Positions 34,679 to 46,769 of a DNA stretch of 64,000 nt are shown piece by piece. The position numbers and the translations under genes are program-made. The notes below the pieces were generated by a model. It saw only the letters and a list, made by a program, of their open reading frames with translations. It had not been told where the DNA came from and did no database searches. The DNA is from an uncultured delta proteobacterium. GTDB taxonomy: Bacteria > Myxococcota > Myxococcia > Myxococcales > Myxococcaceae. The stretch lies in contig CAVYSY010000040.1 of NCBI GenBank assembly GCA_963771175.1, positions 64,001 through 128,000 of the forward strand. The letters run 5' to 3'. The number at the start of each line of letters is the position of its first letter. The stretch's first letter is position 1.

Positions 34679-35485
34679 ATGGCTCCCGGACAGACTGTTC
34701 CACTGCAACTGCCATCCTTCCTGCATGGCACCTACCGCTCGGTCCTGCAGAAGGTGAAGCGGGAGGGGCTGCGGTGCGGCGAGCAGTACCTGAAGGACGG
34801 TACCTTCCCCGCTCCCGTAAAGATGCTGGAGGTTCCTCCGGGCGAGGTGGTGCTGGCGAACGAGGTGGTGGACTTCCAGCATGAGCGCCCGTCATGGCGG
34901 CTGTACATGGTGCTCAAGGTCAAAAGCAGTTTGTACGATGCATTGGAAGGTGTGAATTCGATCGCCGCAAGGGATGCCTACGAGGCGTTCTTCGGTGAGA
35001 CAGCCTGGGGCGCGCTGTTCTTCGCCATTGCTCCATCAGGTCCGGTGAGCGCGGAGCGCACGGCGCGGCGCCTCCAAGCGGTGCTGCGGTTCTGGGAGCC
35101 GCTCCAGAGCGCACGCTACCTCTTCAAGAAACTGGGGGAGGCGCAGACCCTGGAGGAGGTGATGGTGGCCTCCTGTGGTTGGACCATGGATGCGTGGTGT
35201 CCGGAGGCAGGAGGCTCGGTGCGAGAGCGCCTGGGGATAGCGGCGGAGCGCATGGCGCGGGCAACGCGGGAGGACTGCATCAGGGCCATCCTCCGGCAGA
35301 TGCCGCAGGCCCTTCTTGCCGCCGAGCGTGACCTGAAGCACCGGCAGGTGTTGGCCGACCCCGCATACCAACGCGAGCGCCTCACCACGCTCGACTCATT
35401 CTTCTATGAGCGGGTGTCCGCTGCGTGTACGTCGGATTTGATCTGGCTGTTGATCAACTGGGACCACGAGCTCGGGTTGCAGTAG
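34679..35485 (+). CDS. Hypothetical cytoplasmic protein, putative immunity protein
   Basis: 268-aa ORF with AGGA RBS, 25 bp after the putative toxin; no signal peptide. Confidence 0.6.
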   Translation: MAPGQTVPLQLPSFLHGTYRSVLQKVKREGLRCGEQYLKDGTFPAPVKMLEVPPGEVVLANEVVDFQHERPSWRLYMVLKVKSSLYDALEGVNSIAARDAYEAFFGETAWGALFFAIAPSGPVSAERTARRLQAVLRFWEPLQSARYLFKKLGEAQTLEEVMVASCGWTMDAWCPEAGGSVRERLGIAAERMARATREDCIRAILRQMPQALLAAERDLKHRQVLADPAYQRERLTTLDSFFYERVSAACTSDLIWLLINWDHELGLQ

Positions 35486-35492
35486 GTCGCTC

Positions 35493-35993
35493 TCAGGGCT
35501 CGAAGGTCGGATCGCACTCGCCACCCACCAGGGTGATGGGGGCGGCGATGAGCGGTTCGTTGCGCGTGGCGCTGACGGACTCCAGGAAGTTGCAGGAGCT
35601 GCCGAGGAAGCGCGGCGGGCTGGCGCGGGAGAGCGCCTCGATGACGACGACGTAGTCGCGGCCCACTGGGATGTCCACGGCCACTTCCTGGGCGCCGCCG
35701 CTGAGCCTCGCGTCGAAGCGCAGCGCGCGCGTCTTCTTTCCATCCGTCCCCTGGAGCAGGAGCGCCTCGTCCGGCTTCACCTGCTGGCTGAGGCAGGTGC
35801 GCTGGATGTCTCCGCACCGGCGCGAGTTGCCGTCGGGAAGCACCACCACCTGGAAGGAGCCCAGCTCATCGGCGATGGCCCGGTCGATGGTCACCTCGAG
35901 CCCGAGGCGGGGCCCGGACTCGGGAGGCTCCGCCCCACAACCGACGGCGAGGGTGGTACCCAGCAGGACGAGAAGGGAAGTGCGCGGGCTCAT
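35493..35993 (-). CDS. Putative lipoprotein
   Basis: MSPRTSLLVLLGTTLAVGC lipobox; ATGA overlap with the upstream gene. Confidence 0.7.
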   Translation of the reverse strand: MSPRTSLLVLLGTTLAVGCGAEPPESGPRLGLEVTIDRAIADELGSFQVVVLPDGNSRRCGDIQRTCLSQQVKPDEALLLQGTDGKKTRALRFDARLSGGAQEVAVDIPVGRDYVVVIEALSRASPPRFLGSSCNFLESVSATRNEPLIAAPITLVGGECDPTFEP

Positions 35994-36892
35994 GGATTGA
36001 CGCGAACGGTGATGGGAACGCGGCCGCGCTCCTCGGAGGTGGCATAGACGACGGCGCCAGCGGTGCCCGCAACGGCCACCGCGCCCACCGCTACCCAGAG
36101 CCACGGGCTCTTGTACCAGGCACGCTCACCCACCGTGGCCACCGCCCCCGACTCCGGGGCGATCTGGAAGACGAGCGGGTTGAAGGAGTCCCCACGACCC
36201 GCCAGGCGCCGCTGCGCCGCGTCCGCCACCTCGAAGTAGTACTCCACCTCGTAGGCGGAGGCGGTGGCGGGCAGCTCGTAGGCGGGGATGGTGGCGACGT
36301 AGCGCTCCTTGCTTCCCCGCTCGCGGGTGAAGTCCACCGAGTTGTACGCCTGGGCTCCCGCGCGCCGGTAGAAGAGTCGCGCCCGGGCCCCGAGCGCCAT
36401 GTCCTCGAGCTGCGCCTCGGCCACCACCGGCTCGCCCCCGGGGGCATCCGGGATGGGGTCCACCTGCAGCGTGACGGGGCGCACCCGGCGGTTCTTGATG
36501 TCTTCCTTCAGGCGCGCGTAGAGGTTGCGGATCTTCGGAGGCGTGCTGCGCGGCAGCTCGTAGTCCGGCCGCGCCTGGAGCAGGTTCTCGTAGGCCTCGC
36601 GCGCCCGCTCCTCGTCGCCCAGGTACAGGGAGGTGATGCCGAGCAGCCGGTAGAGCTCCACGAGCTGGTCGTCGGTGACGTCGGGGGCGTCGAGGCCGGC
36701 CTCCAGCGTCTTCACCGCCTCCTCGAACTCCCCGTTCTCGATCTGCTCCTGCGCGCGGGGGATCTCCGGGCGGGCCGGGGCCACCTGGAAGAGGAGGGGT
36801 TGTGGGAAAAGGGGCCGGGCGAGCGAGGCTCCGGGGGCCAGCAGGCTCGCCATCACGATGCTCGCCACCACGCGATTCCGCCAGACGTACAT
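35990..36892 (-). CDS. Exported TPR protein with C-terminal membrane anchor
   Basis: Signal peptide, TPR helices, WYKSPWLWVAVGAVAVAG anchor. Confidence 0.72.
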   Translation of the reverse strand: MYVWRNRVVASIVMASLLAPGASLARPLFPQPLLFQVAPARPEIPRAQEQIENGEFEEAVKTLEAGLDAPDVTDDQLVELYRLLGITSLYLGDEERAREAYENLLQARPDYELPRSTPPKIRNLYARLKEDIKNRRVRPVTLQVDPIPDAPGGEPVVAEAQLEDMALGARARLFYRRAGAQAYNSVDFTRERGSKERYVATIPAYELPATASAYEVEYYFEVADAAQRRLAGRGDSFNPLVFQIAPESGAVATVGERAWYKSPWLWVAVGAVAVAGTAGAVVYATSEERGRVPITVRVNP

Positions 36893-37049
36893 TGCCCGCG
36901 ACCCTAGCAGACGGGCATTCGGGCCTCCAATTAGCGGTGGGTCTCGCAACGCACACGGCCTGATGGCATCTATGGAGGTTCAGGCGCGTTGACTGCGGGG
37001 GAGAGCCTCCCCATGATGCGCGCCCCTTTTTGGATAGGAAGTCGGGTAG

Positions 37050-37628
37050 ATGCTCGTAAAGATTGAAGAAATTCGCGACCCAGGCCTCAAGGTCAACAAG
37101 CAGATGAGCCTGGAGGTGCTGAGCGCCGCGCTGGAGGGCTCCGGCTTCCGGGCCACCGAGCCCCTGTCCGTCTCGGCGAACCTGCGCAAGGTGAGCGGCG
37201 GCGTGCTGGTCGAGGGCCAGTTCACCTCGCGGGTGGTGGCCGAGTGCAAGCGCTGCCTCGTGGAGTCGAAGCTGGAGCTGCCGGTGTCCTTCGCCATCAA
37301 CCTTGTCCCCAAGTCGCTCGCCCGCGGCGAGGACGTGCTGGACGAGGAGGAGATGGCGGAGAAGGACAAGGGGCAGGGTGAGCACGGCGGCTCGTTCGCG
37401 CTGGAGCATGCGGACGAGGAGGTGTTCGACGGCAAGGTCATCGACCTCGAGCCGATCGTGCGCGAGCAGGTCCTGCTGGCCCTGCCGATGAGCACCGTGT
37501 GCCGCGAGGACTGCCAGGGGCTGTGCGTGCAGTGCGGCCAGAACCTCAACGAGAAGCAGTGCGGCTGCGACACGAAGTTCGTGGACCCGCGTCTCGCGGT
37601 GCTCAAGAACATCAAGCTCCAGGGCTGA
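37050..37628 (+). CDS. yceD: YceD/DUF177 family protein
   Basis: ECKRCL, IDLEPIVREQVLLALP, CREDCQGLCVQCGQNLN, DPRLAVL. Confidence 0.93.
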   Translation: MLVKIEEIRDPGLKVNKQMSLEVLSAALEGSGFRATEPLSVSANLRKVSGGVLVEGQFTSRVVAECKRCLVESKLELPVSFAINLVPKSLARGEDVLDEEEMAEKDKGQGEHGGSFALEHADEEVFDGKVIDLEPIVREQVLLALPMSTVCREDCQGLCVQCGQNLNEKQCGCDTKFVDPRLAVLKNIKLQG

Positions 37629-37725
37629 GCCTGGCGCTCACGGACCGGGCTGGAGGCCGAAGGACTCGGCGCCGCGAGGCTGCCGGCCGTAGGCCTCACC
37701 CGGCTCGGCGGAGCTACGGGCGCGC

Positions 37726-38685
37726 TCAGCCGTTCTTGGAAATGTCGCCGTACATCACGCACATGCCGCCGAGCATCTGCAGCCCGGGCACCGAGAGGAT
37801 GGCCTTGTCGGTGCACCCCAGCGCGTCCGCGATCAGGCGGCGCGTCCGCGAGGAGCGCTCGTAGTTGTTGTGGTGCAGGAAGAAGCGGTCCATCCGGGCC
37901 AGGAAGCTGAACCACCGCAGCTCCAGGCTCGGCAGATAGCGGCGAATCGTCGCCAGCTCGTCTCGTTCGAGTGGCCGCTCGTTGGGCGTGGCGTCGGTGT
38001 GGATGGGAATCCGCTGGCGCAGCCTGCGCATCAGAGGCGAGAGGCACATCGGCTCGGAGAAGAGGAAGAACGCTCCGGGCCTGGCACAGCTCACGAGCTT
38101 GCGCATCACCCCGTCCAGTTCGGGGATGAGGTGGTGCAGCACGCCGTCTCCCCAGATGATGTCGAAGGAGTCGTCGAGCAGGTCGGCGGTCTCCACGGGC
38201 GAGCAGATGAACTGGGTGTTGGCCCCCATGCCGTCGAGCTCCGCCCGGCGGTGGCACAGCTCGATGGACCTGGTCGAGATGTCGATGCCCGTCACCCGGG
38301 CGCCGAACCGGGCCATCAGCAGGGCGTTGCTGCCATCGCCGCAGCCCACGTCCAGCACGCGCTTGCCGCGCAGATCTCCCATCAGCCGGAAGCGGAACTC
38401 CTTGTTGAACCAGGGGCGCCGGGTCTCACGGTAGCGCTCGAGCGTGAGCTCATCCATCGCCTGGGCCGGTAGCTTCTCCGCCAGCTGATCGAAGAAGTCC
38501 GACTCGGAGGCCCAGCGCGCCAGCGCCTCGGGCGGCGGCTCGGGAGGGAAGAGCTCCTCGTATCCCGGGGGCACCTCTCTCTGGGTGAGCCGATTCGGTT
38601 CCAGTGCCAGCGTGGGTGAGGGCGCCGCCGGACCCATGTCCACTCCCGCCTCCCACCGCCCGTCCAGGTTCTCCCGCTCTTCCAT
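37726..38685 (-). CDS. Class I SAM-dependent methyltransferase
   Basis: VLDVGCGDG, GIDIS, SFDII, VLHHL; start uncertain. Confidence 0.82.
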   Translation of the reverse strand: MEERENLDGRWEAGVDMGPAAPSPTLALEPNRLTQREVPPGYEELFPPEPPPEALARWASESDFFDQLAEKLPAQAMDELTLERYRETRRPWFNKEFRFRLMGDLRGKRVLDVGCGDGSNALLMARFGARVTGIDISTRSIELCHRRAELDGMGANTQFICSPVETADLLDDSFDIIWGDGVLHHLIPELDGVMRKLVSCARPGAFFLFSEPMCLSPLMRRLRQRIPIHTDATPNERPLERDELATIRRYLPSLELRWFSFLARMDRFFLHHNNYERSSRTRRLIADALGCTDKAILSVPGLQMLGGMCVMYGDISKNG

Positions 38686-38855
38686 CCCACCCTCCCACGC
38701 GCCCATGCGCCCTGAATGACGTGGGTGGGAAGCTAGGAATGCGAGGGATGTGCGTGAAGCGCCCCAGGCCGGGCTTTCTCGACTTGTCAGACGGAGTACT
38801 CGCCCTCGCGAGGGAGTGCTCCGTACCCGACGGCTCACGTGTCCCGAGTCGTTGA

Positions 38856-41450
38856 TTACCGGCGCCGCCGCCCGTGGGCCAACACTCCACCCAGGGCGAG
38901 CAGGCTCCAGGCGAGCACGAGCTCCCCACCCCCCGCGGCACACGACAGGCTCGGAGGCAGGCTGGGGCCGGAAGCGGGAATGGAGGGCTCCGGTCCGTCG
39001 AGGGGGGGCGGCATCGTGCCGGAGCCATCCGTGGGCGGGGCGTCGGGCTCGAGCGGGGGCAGCGGGTCGGGGTCGACCGGAGCCGGAGGGGGCACGGACG
39101 GCGACTCTTCGCTCTTGCCCACGACGAGGGTGTCGCCCTCGCGCTGGAAGGGGACCTCCGCGCCGTTCCACAGGACGCGGGTGGCGAGGGGCGCATGGAC
39201 GCGGGGATTGCTCAGGGCGGTCCCGGACAGCCGCAGCGTCTCGGCGTTGAGCCCGTCCGCTTCCAGCAAGCCCATGGCGCTGCCCTGGCTGACGAGCGTG
39301 CGCGAGGCATCGGCCAGGCTCGTACCTTGGACCAGCAGGACCCGGGTCGGCGTGGTGCCCTCGTACCGGACGACGCCGGAGAGTCCCGCCAGCACGAGTC
39401 CTCCCGCCATGCGGCGCTGCTCGGGGAGGTCATTGAAGATGGCGGAGGAGGAGGTCGTGCCCTCGGTCACCGTCAGCCCGGCGTCGGGCTCCTTGGCATC
39501 GAGCGCCGTCACCGTCGGGCGCGAGGCCCAGGCCGACTCCGGCGTGGGCACCAGGGCCGTGAGGAAGGTGGTGTTGGCGGAGGCGGTGGTGGGCTTCACC
39601 TCGGCGTTGACGACGTAGCCAGCGGAGTTGAGCCGCTGGATCTGCGCCGGCCGCTGCTGGGTGAACGTGGCGTCGAAGGAGGCGGGGGCCACCACGGCCA
39701 CGCCCAGGGCCTGGTTGTTCTCGCCGCGACCGTGGAGCCAGCTCCCCTCACGGGTCGCGCCGTTCATGAAGTGGCAGGACCAGCGGTAGACGTGGGACTT
39801 CGTCGCCTGCACCACGTCTCGCAGCACCACCCACCGGCGGTCGAGGAAGAGGGCATGGCGATCCCATCGGCGCAGCCCCGTCGTGGAGGCGTAGAGCGTG
39901 GAGCCGTCGCCGATGGTGTAGCCGAAGTGCTCGCTGGAGCCGAAGAAGGGGATGCCTCCCTTGCGACCGAGGTACCAGCTATAGGCCGCGGCGGAGTCGC
40001 TCTTGTCGCGCACGCCCTCGCCGAGCTGGCCCACGCCGTCGAGGGTCAGCGAGTTGTGGAAGACGGTCTGGTTGGCCGCCGGCCCCGGCGAGTTGGCGTG
40101 GCCGATGTAGTAGCCGGCCGCCTCGGGTGCGAGCCAGGAGCCGTTGCCGTACAGGTAGAAGCCGTTGTCGTCGGCGTGGTTGTGGCCGAAGTTCAGGACG
40201 CCTCGCGGCTCCATTCCGCTCTGCAGCCACTTCCAGCCGGCCATGCCGCCGTACGGGCCGTTCTTGAGCGCGAACAGCAGCGAGCCCTTCCCCCAGCCGC
40301 TGCGGAACACCGCCGCCTGCTGGTTGTCTCCGTACCAGTCGAGCGGCAGGGTGCGCAGGTCCGTCGAGCTCACGGTCGGATCGTAGAAGAGGAACTCGAA
40401 CACACGCTGGTTGAGCTCGGGCGCGTAGCTGGAGGCGGACGTGCCGCGCATCCAGGTGTCCGCCGTGGCCTGGGCCACCGGATCCCGATACCTCGTCGCC
40501 GCGTAGCGCAGGGACATCAATCCCATGTCCGGGCTGAAGCCGTAGAAGTCCCCGTGCATGAGCAGGTACTGAGAGGGCCGCTCCGGGAGCTGCGAGTAGG
40601 CGAAGGCGCGGGGGAAGTGCTTCACCAGTCCCAGATCGCCCACGTCGATGTGGGTGGTCCGCTTCAGCGCGCTGACGAACGGCAGGTACCAGCTCAGCCC
40701 GTAGAGGAGGTAGCCGGTGCCCTCGTGGTACGTGCCATCCGTGACCAGGTCCATCACCTGCTTCACCTTGCGCGCGTTGCTCACGGAGAGGTCGAGCCAG
40801 GGTTGGGTGGTGGCATCCGGCAGCTCCCCGCGCGTGGCGAGCGCCGTGAGCCCGATGGCTGCGTGGTTGATCCAGTTGTGGTTCTGCAGGTACTCGTCCG
40901 CCCACCAGGAGCCACTTCTTGACGCCTGTGCCAGGGCGGTGGCGTTCTGCTGGAGGGTGGCGCGGACCTTCGTGGCCTCGGCGGAGGTGAGCCGAGGGGC
41001 CAGCAGATCGTAGGCCACCGCGAGGCCTCCCAGCAGATGGGCCTGCATCAGATCGTGCGAGCCATCCAGGTCGAGGTTGCCCCACGAGGACACGCTGAGC
41101 AGCCAGCCCTTGGCCAGATCGAGGTAGCGGCTGTCGGTGGACACCTGCGACACGAAGGCGAACACCACCAGCATGTTGCCGATATCCCGGCGATCGCCGA
41201 GCTGCTTGGTACTCCCGGTCGCCTTCCAGGTGACCTTTCCGGACGAGGAGACGGTGGTGTCCAGGTAGCCCGTCGTTCCCTTCAGGAGGGGTTGGTAGAT
41301 GGCCTGATGGGTGGACGAGGCCTTCTGACGGAGGTCCTCCACCTGCGCCGCCTCGAAGAAGAGGCTGGGATGCGGCCCCGCCAGGGCCGGCAGGGAGATC
41401 CACAGCACCAGCCAGAGCAATGACCGCGCACGCGCGAGGAAGTGCCTCAT
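38856..41450 (-). CDS. Heparinase II/III-like (DUF4962-type) polysaccharide lyase with MYXO-CTERM-like anchor
   Basis: Signal peptide; HPSLFF, NHNW, EGTGY, FRSGW, HNHADDNGF, HNSL; Pro-rich linker then SCAAGG-TM-RRRR. Confidence 0.78.
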   Translation of the reverse strand: MRHFLARARSLLWLVLWISLPALAGPHPSLFFEAAQVEDLRQKASSTHQAIYQPLLKGTTGYLDTTVSSSGKVTWKATGSTKQLGDRRDIGNMLVVFAFVSQVSTDSRYLDLAKGWLLSVSSWGNLDLDGSHDLMQAHLLGGLAVAYDLLAPRLTSAEATKVRATLQQNATALAQASRSGSWWADEYLQNHNWINHAAIGLTALATRGELPDATTQPWLDLSVSNARKVKQVMDLVTDGTYHEGTGYLLYGLSWYLPFVSALKRTTHIDVGDLGLVKHFPRAFAYSQLPERPSQYLLMHGDFYGFSPDMGLMSLRYAATRYRDPVAQATADTWMRGTSASSYAPELNQRVFEFLFYDPTVSSTDLRTLPLDWYGDNQQAAVFRSGWGKGSLLFALKNGPYGGMAGWKWLQSGMEPRGVLNFGHNHADDNGFYLYGNGSWLAPEAAGYYIGHANSPGPAANQTVFHNSLTLDGVGQLGEGVRDKSDSAAAYSWYLGRKGGIPFFGSSEHFGYTIGDGSTLYASTTGLRRWDRHALFLDRRWVVLRDVVQATKSHVYRWSCHFMNGATREGSWLHGRGENNQALGVAVVAPASFDATFTQQRPAQIQRLNSAGYVVNAEVKPTTASANTTFLTALVPTPESAWASRPTVTALDAKEPDAGLTVTEGTTSSSAIFNDLPEQRRMAGGLVLAGLSGVVRYEGTTPTRVLLVQGTSLADASRTLVSQGSAMGLLEADGLNAETLRLSGTALSNPRVHAPLATRVLWNGAEVPFQREGDTLVVGKSEESPSVPPPAPVDPDPLPPLEPDAPPTDGSGTMPPPLDGPEPSIPASGPSLPPSLSCAAGGGELVLAWSLLALGGVLAHGRRRR

Positions 41451-41596
41451 GGATGTGAAATGCCACATTTATTTCCGGCAACTTCACACGGAGGCGGTGG
41501 AGCGCCTGGTCGCCAGGCTGCTCCTGGAGCGCCTCCTCACGGGCCGAGCCTCCCGGAGCGCGAGGATTCCTACCCTTCTCGGAGAGAAGGACACGC

Positions 41597-43549
41597 ATGG
41601 ACCTCTACAGCGCCGCCAAGCGGATGAACCGGCCGTTCCGGTTCTCGAATCCGGCCTCGTACCGGGAGATCTCCCTGGCCAGTCGCGGGATGATCGGCGA
41701 CGGCATCACCTGCGCCCTGATCCGACCCGATGGCATCATCGACTGGCTCTGCCTCCCGCGCTTCGACAGCCCGAGCGTCTTCGCGGGGATCCTCGATGAG
41801 GAGAAGGGGGGAAGCACGGGCATCACCCCGGTCACCTGGCCCTTCGAGAGCCTGCAGCGGTACGACCCGGGCACCAACGTCCTGGAGACGCTCTTCCGCG
41901 TCGAGCGCCAGGGCGTCGTGCGGATCATCGACTACATGCCCTGGACGAACGACCCGCGGGCCACCATCCACGAGGTCCACCGGCGCATCGAGTGCGTGGA
42001 GGGCTCGCTCGACCTGAAGGTCGTCTTCGATCCGCGGTTCCGGTACGGGGAATCGCAGACGCGGGTGGAGCGCGCGGAGCACGGGCTGGTCGCGCATGGG
42101 GCCCTGGGCGAGCGGATGGTCGCGGTCTTCGATGGGGAGGCCCACTGGGAGCGCCATGGCGAGACGGGCCTCCAGGCGCACATCCGGCTCGGCAACGGGG
42201 AGCGGCGCTGGATGGTGCTGGCCTGGGACTCGGATCGGCCGGAGCCCATCGCCGCGTACCGGCCCTTCGAGCTGCTCCGGGCCACCCGGCAGGCCTGGCG
42301 CGAGTGGTCCCAGCGCCTGCGGTACGAGGGGCCCTGGCGGCACCATGTGCTGCGCTCGGCGCTGGTGCTGAAGCTGCTGATGTACGCGCCCACCGGCGCC
42401 ATGGTGGCCGCGCCCACCACGTCACTCCCCGAGTGGATTGGTGGGCCCCGGAACTGGGACTACCGCTTCAGCTGGGTCCGTGACGCGGCCATGGCCGTGC
42501 GCGCCACCAACCTCATCGGCTACCCGGACGAGTCCCGGGAGTTCTTCTACTTCGTGCGCGACACGTTGCTCCACGGTGAGGCCCTCCAGGTGATGTACTC
42601 GCTGGATGGCGGGCCCGTGCCCCCGGAGCAGCGCCTCGAGCTCCTGGCCGGGTTCCAGGGCTCAGGCCCGGTGCGGATCGGGAATGATGCGCGCGAGCAG
42701 CTCCAGTTCGACACCGCCGGCGCGCTGCTCGACGCGGCCTACCTTTACGAGCGATTCGGGGGCCGGCTGCCGCTGCGCACCTGGGGGCTGTTGAAGCGGG
42801 TCATCCAGACCACCGCCCGCCGCTGGCGCGAGCCGGACCATGGCATCTGGGAGCCGCGCCGGGGAATGCGCCACAACGTGCACTCCAAGCTCATGTGCTG
42901 GCTGGCGCTCCACCGCGGGGCGCACCTGGCCCGCCTCTTCGCCGAGCCCTCCATGGTGGAGCTGTGTACCCGCGAGGCGGACCTCATCCGCAACGACATC
43001 CTCTGTCACGGTGTTGATCCCTCGGGAAAGCACTTCGTGGGCTTCTATGGAGGGAACGAGCCGGATGCCGCGCTGCTGCAGCTGCCCATCGTGGGGTGCT
43101 TCCGGGCGTGCGAGCCGCTCGTGCAGCAGACCATCGACTGGTTGCGCGCGGAGCTGGGGGCGGGACGGTTCCTCCGGCGCTACCGGATGGACGACGGGGT
43201 AGGGGGCCCCGAGGGGGCCTTCCTCCTGTGTGGCTTCTGGCTCGTGGAGGCGCTGACGCTGTGCAACCGCCTCGAGGAGGCCGAGAAGGTCTTCGTGGTG
43301 CACGCCGAGGCCGCCAACCACCTCGGGCTGCTCGCCGAGGAGGTCCATCCGCTCACGCGCGAGCAACTGGGCAACTTCCCCCAGGCCTTCAGCCACCTGG
43401 GGTTGATCAACGCCGCCGCGCGCATCGATCTGGCGCTCCGGATGCGGGACGAGGGCGAGAAGGCGCCACCGCACCTGCTCGACTCCGAGCCACCCCCCAT
43501 CCCGGGGAGCGTCTGCCAGGACGTGTGGCTTGGGGGAGGTGAGGGCTAG
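41597..43549 (+). CDS. Glycoside hydrolase family 15 (trehalase/glucoamylase-like)
   Basis: WLCLPRFDSPSVF, AAPTTSLPE, RNWDYRFSWVRD, GIWE, LGNFPQAFSHLGL. Confidence 0.93.
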   Translation: MDLYSAAKRMNRPFRFSNPASYREISLASRGMIGDGITCALIRPDGIIDWLCLPRFDSPSVFAGILDEEKGGSTGITPVTWPFESLQRYDPGTNVLETLFRVERQGVVRIIDYMPWTNDPRATIHEVHRRIECVEGSLDLKVVFDPRFRYGESQTRVERAEHGLVAHGALGERMVAVFDGEAHWERHGETGLQAHIRLGNGERRWMVLAWDSDRPEPIAAYRPFELLRATRQAWREWSQRLRYEGPWRHHVLRSALVLKLLMYAPTGAMVAAPTTSLPEWIGGPRNWDYRFSWVRDAAMAVRATNLIGYPDESREFFYFVRDTLLHGEALQVMYSLDGGPVPPEQRLELLAGFQGSGPVRIGNDAREQLQFDTAGALLDAAYLYERFGGRLPLRTWGLLKRVIQTTARRWREPDHGIWEPRRGMRHNVHSKLMCWLALHRGAHLARLFAEPSMVELCTREADLIRNDILCHGVDPSGKHFVGFYGGNEPDAALLQLPIVGCFRACEPLVQQTIDWLRAELGAGRFLRRYRMDDGVGGPEGAFLLCGFWLVEALTLCNRLEEAEKVFVVHAEAANHLGLLAEEVHPLTREQLGNFPQAFSHLGLINAAARIDLALRMRDEGEKAPPHLLDSEPPPIPGSVCQDVWLGGGEG

Positions 43550-43561
43550 TCGTCGTCGCTT

Positions 43562-43687
43562 TCAGCGGGGGCGCTGGAGGGACTCGCGCCGGGCGGCGAC
43601 GGTGAGCCCCAGCGCCAGCAGGGGGAGGATGACGGCGAGGCCCAGCGGCAGATGGACCAGGGCGGGATGGAGGGGTAGGTTCGACAT
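43562..43687 (-). pseudogene. Truncated DUF2231-like membrane protein fragment (41 aa)
   Basis: MSNLPLHPALVHLPLGLAVILPLL resembles the HPxxVHxP start of DUF2231 but stops after one TM; strong RBS AGGAGA. Confidence 0.45.
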
Positions 43688-43722
43688 GATGGGTCTCCTT
43701 TTTTTCTCTGCCTGAGATAGCC

Positions 43723-44370
43723 ATGGGCGCCATGTCCCTCCATCCAGCAAACGACCCAGTGCCAGAGAAGCCCAGGAATTCCGAGGACCTGGCTTCTTCG
43801 CCTGCGACGGATGACGCAGCGGTTCCCTCCCGGTGGGGACGTGTCGTCCCCGGGGCGCTCTTCGCCGCCATCGCGGTGCTTATCGGGGTGGATGTGGTAG
43901 GCGACCAGGCTTCCGGTGCGAGCGGCTTACACCTGGGCGCCGAGAGCGTGGTGTTCCTGCTCGCCTTGTCGGGGCTCGTCTGGCTGTGGGGGCAGATGAT
44001 CTTGTCCCGGCAACGGGCGAGGCAGCTCCAACAGCGGCTCACCGATGCACGCGCGGATGTAGGACGCCTGCAGGCGGACGCGGCCCTCTGGCGGAACGAG
44101 GCCCAATCGCTGCTCCAGGGATTGGGCGTGGCGATTGATCGACAATTCGCCCAGTGGTCGCTCTCGGCGGCCGAGCGGGAGGTGGGCTTGCTGCTCCTCA
44201 AGGGCCTGGCGCTGAAGGACATCGCCGATGCCCGGGGCACCAGTGAGCGCACCGTGCGCCAGCAGGCGCTGACGGTGTACCGCAAGGCCGGGCTCGCCGG
44301 GCGGGCGGAGCTTTCCGCCTTCTTCCTGGAGGACCTGCTGCTGCCGCGAGCCCCCCATCCGGAGGGCTGA
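43723..44370 (+). CDS. Membrane-anchored LuxR-type HTH regulator
   Basis: Two TMs, coiled-coil, WSLSAAEREVGLLLLKGLALKDIADARGTSERTVRQQ. Confidence 0.85.
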   Translation: MGAMSLHPANDPVPEKPRNSEDLASSPATDDAAVPSRWGRVVPGALFAAIAVLIGVDVVGDQASGASGLHLGAESVVFLLALSGLVWLWGQMILSRQRARQLQQRLTDARADVGRLQADAALWRNEAQSLLQGLGVAIDRQFAQWSLSAAEREVGLLLLKGLALKDIADARGTSERTVRQQALTVYRKAGLAGRAELSAFFLEDLLLPRAPHPEG

Positions 44371-44415
44371 GGGGCTCGGTTCCGTTCGTGTCCGGCGCCG
44401 AACGGGGCGCGGGTG

Positions 44416-44492
44416 TTCATGAGAGAATTCTCATGAAATCAAGCGTTTTCCGGCAGAGGGGTTTTACACCGCGAGTCATTGTTCCCTAGAAT
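44416..44492 (+). promoter_or_regulatory. Palindromic operator plus sigma70-like promoter of the cytochrome operon
   Basis: TTCATGAGA-GAAT-TCTCATGAA (44416-44437); TTTACA-N18-TAGAAT (44463-44492). Confidence 0.55.
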
Positions 44493-44541
44493 CCACTTCT
44501 GGACAGGGCGGCATGGGGGCCGCCTTCCAGAGTAGGGAGTC

Positions 44542-46765
<2,224 letters not shown>

Positions 46766-46769
<4 letters not shown>

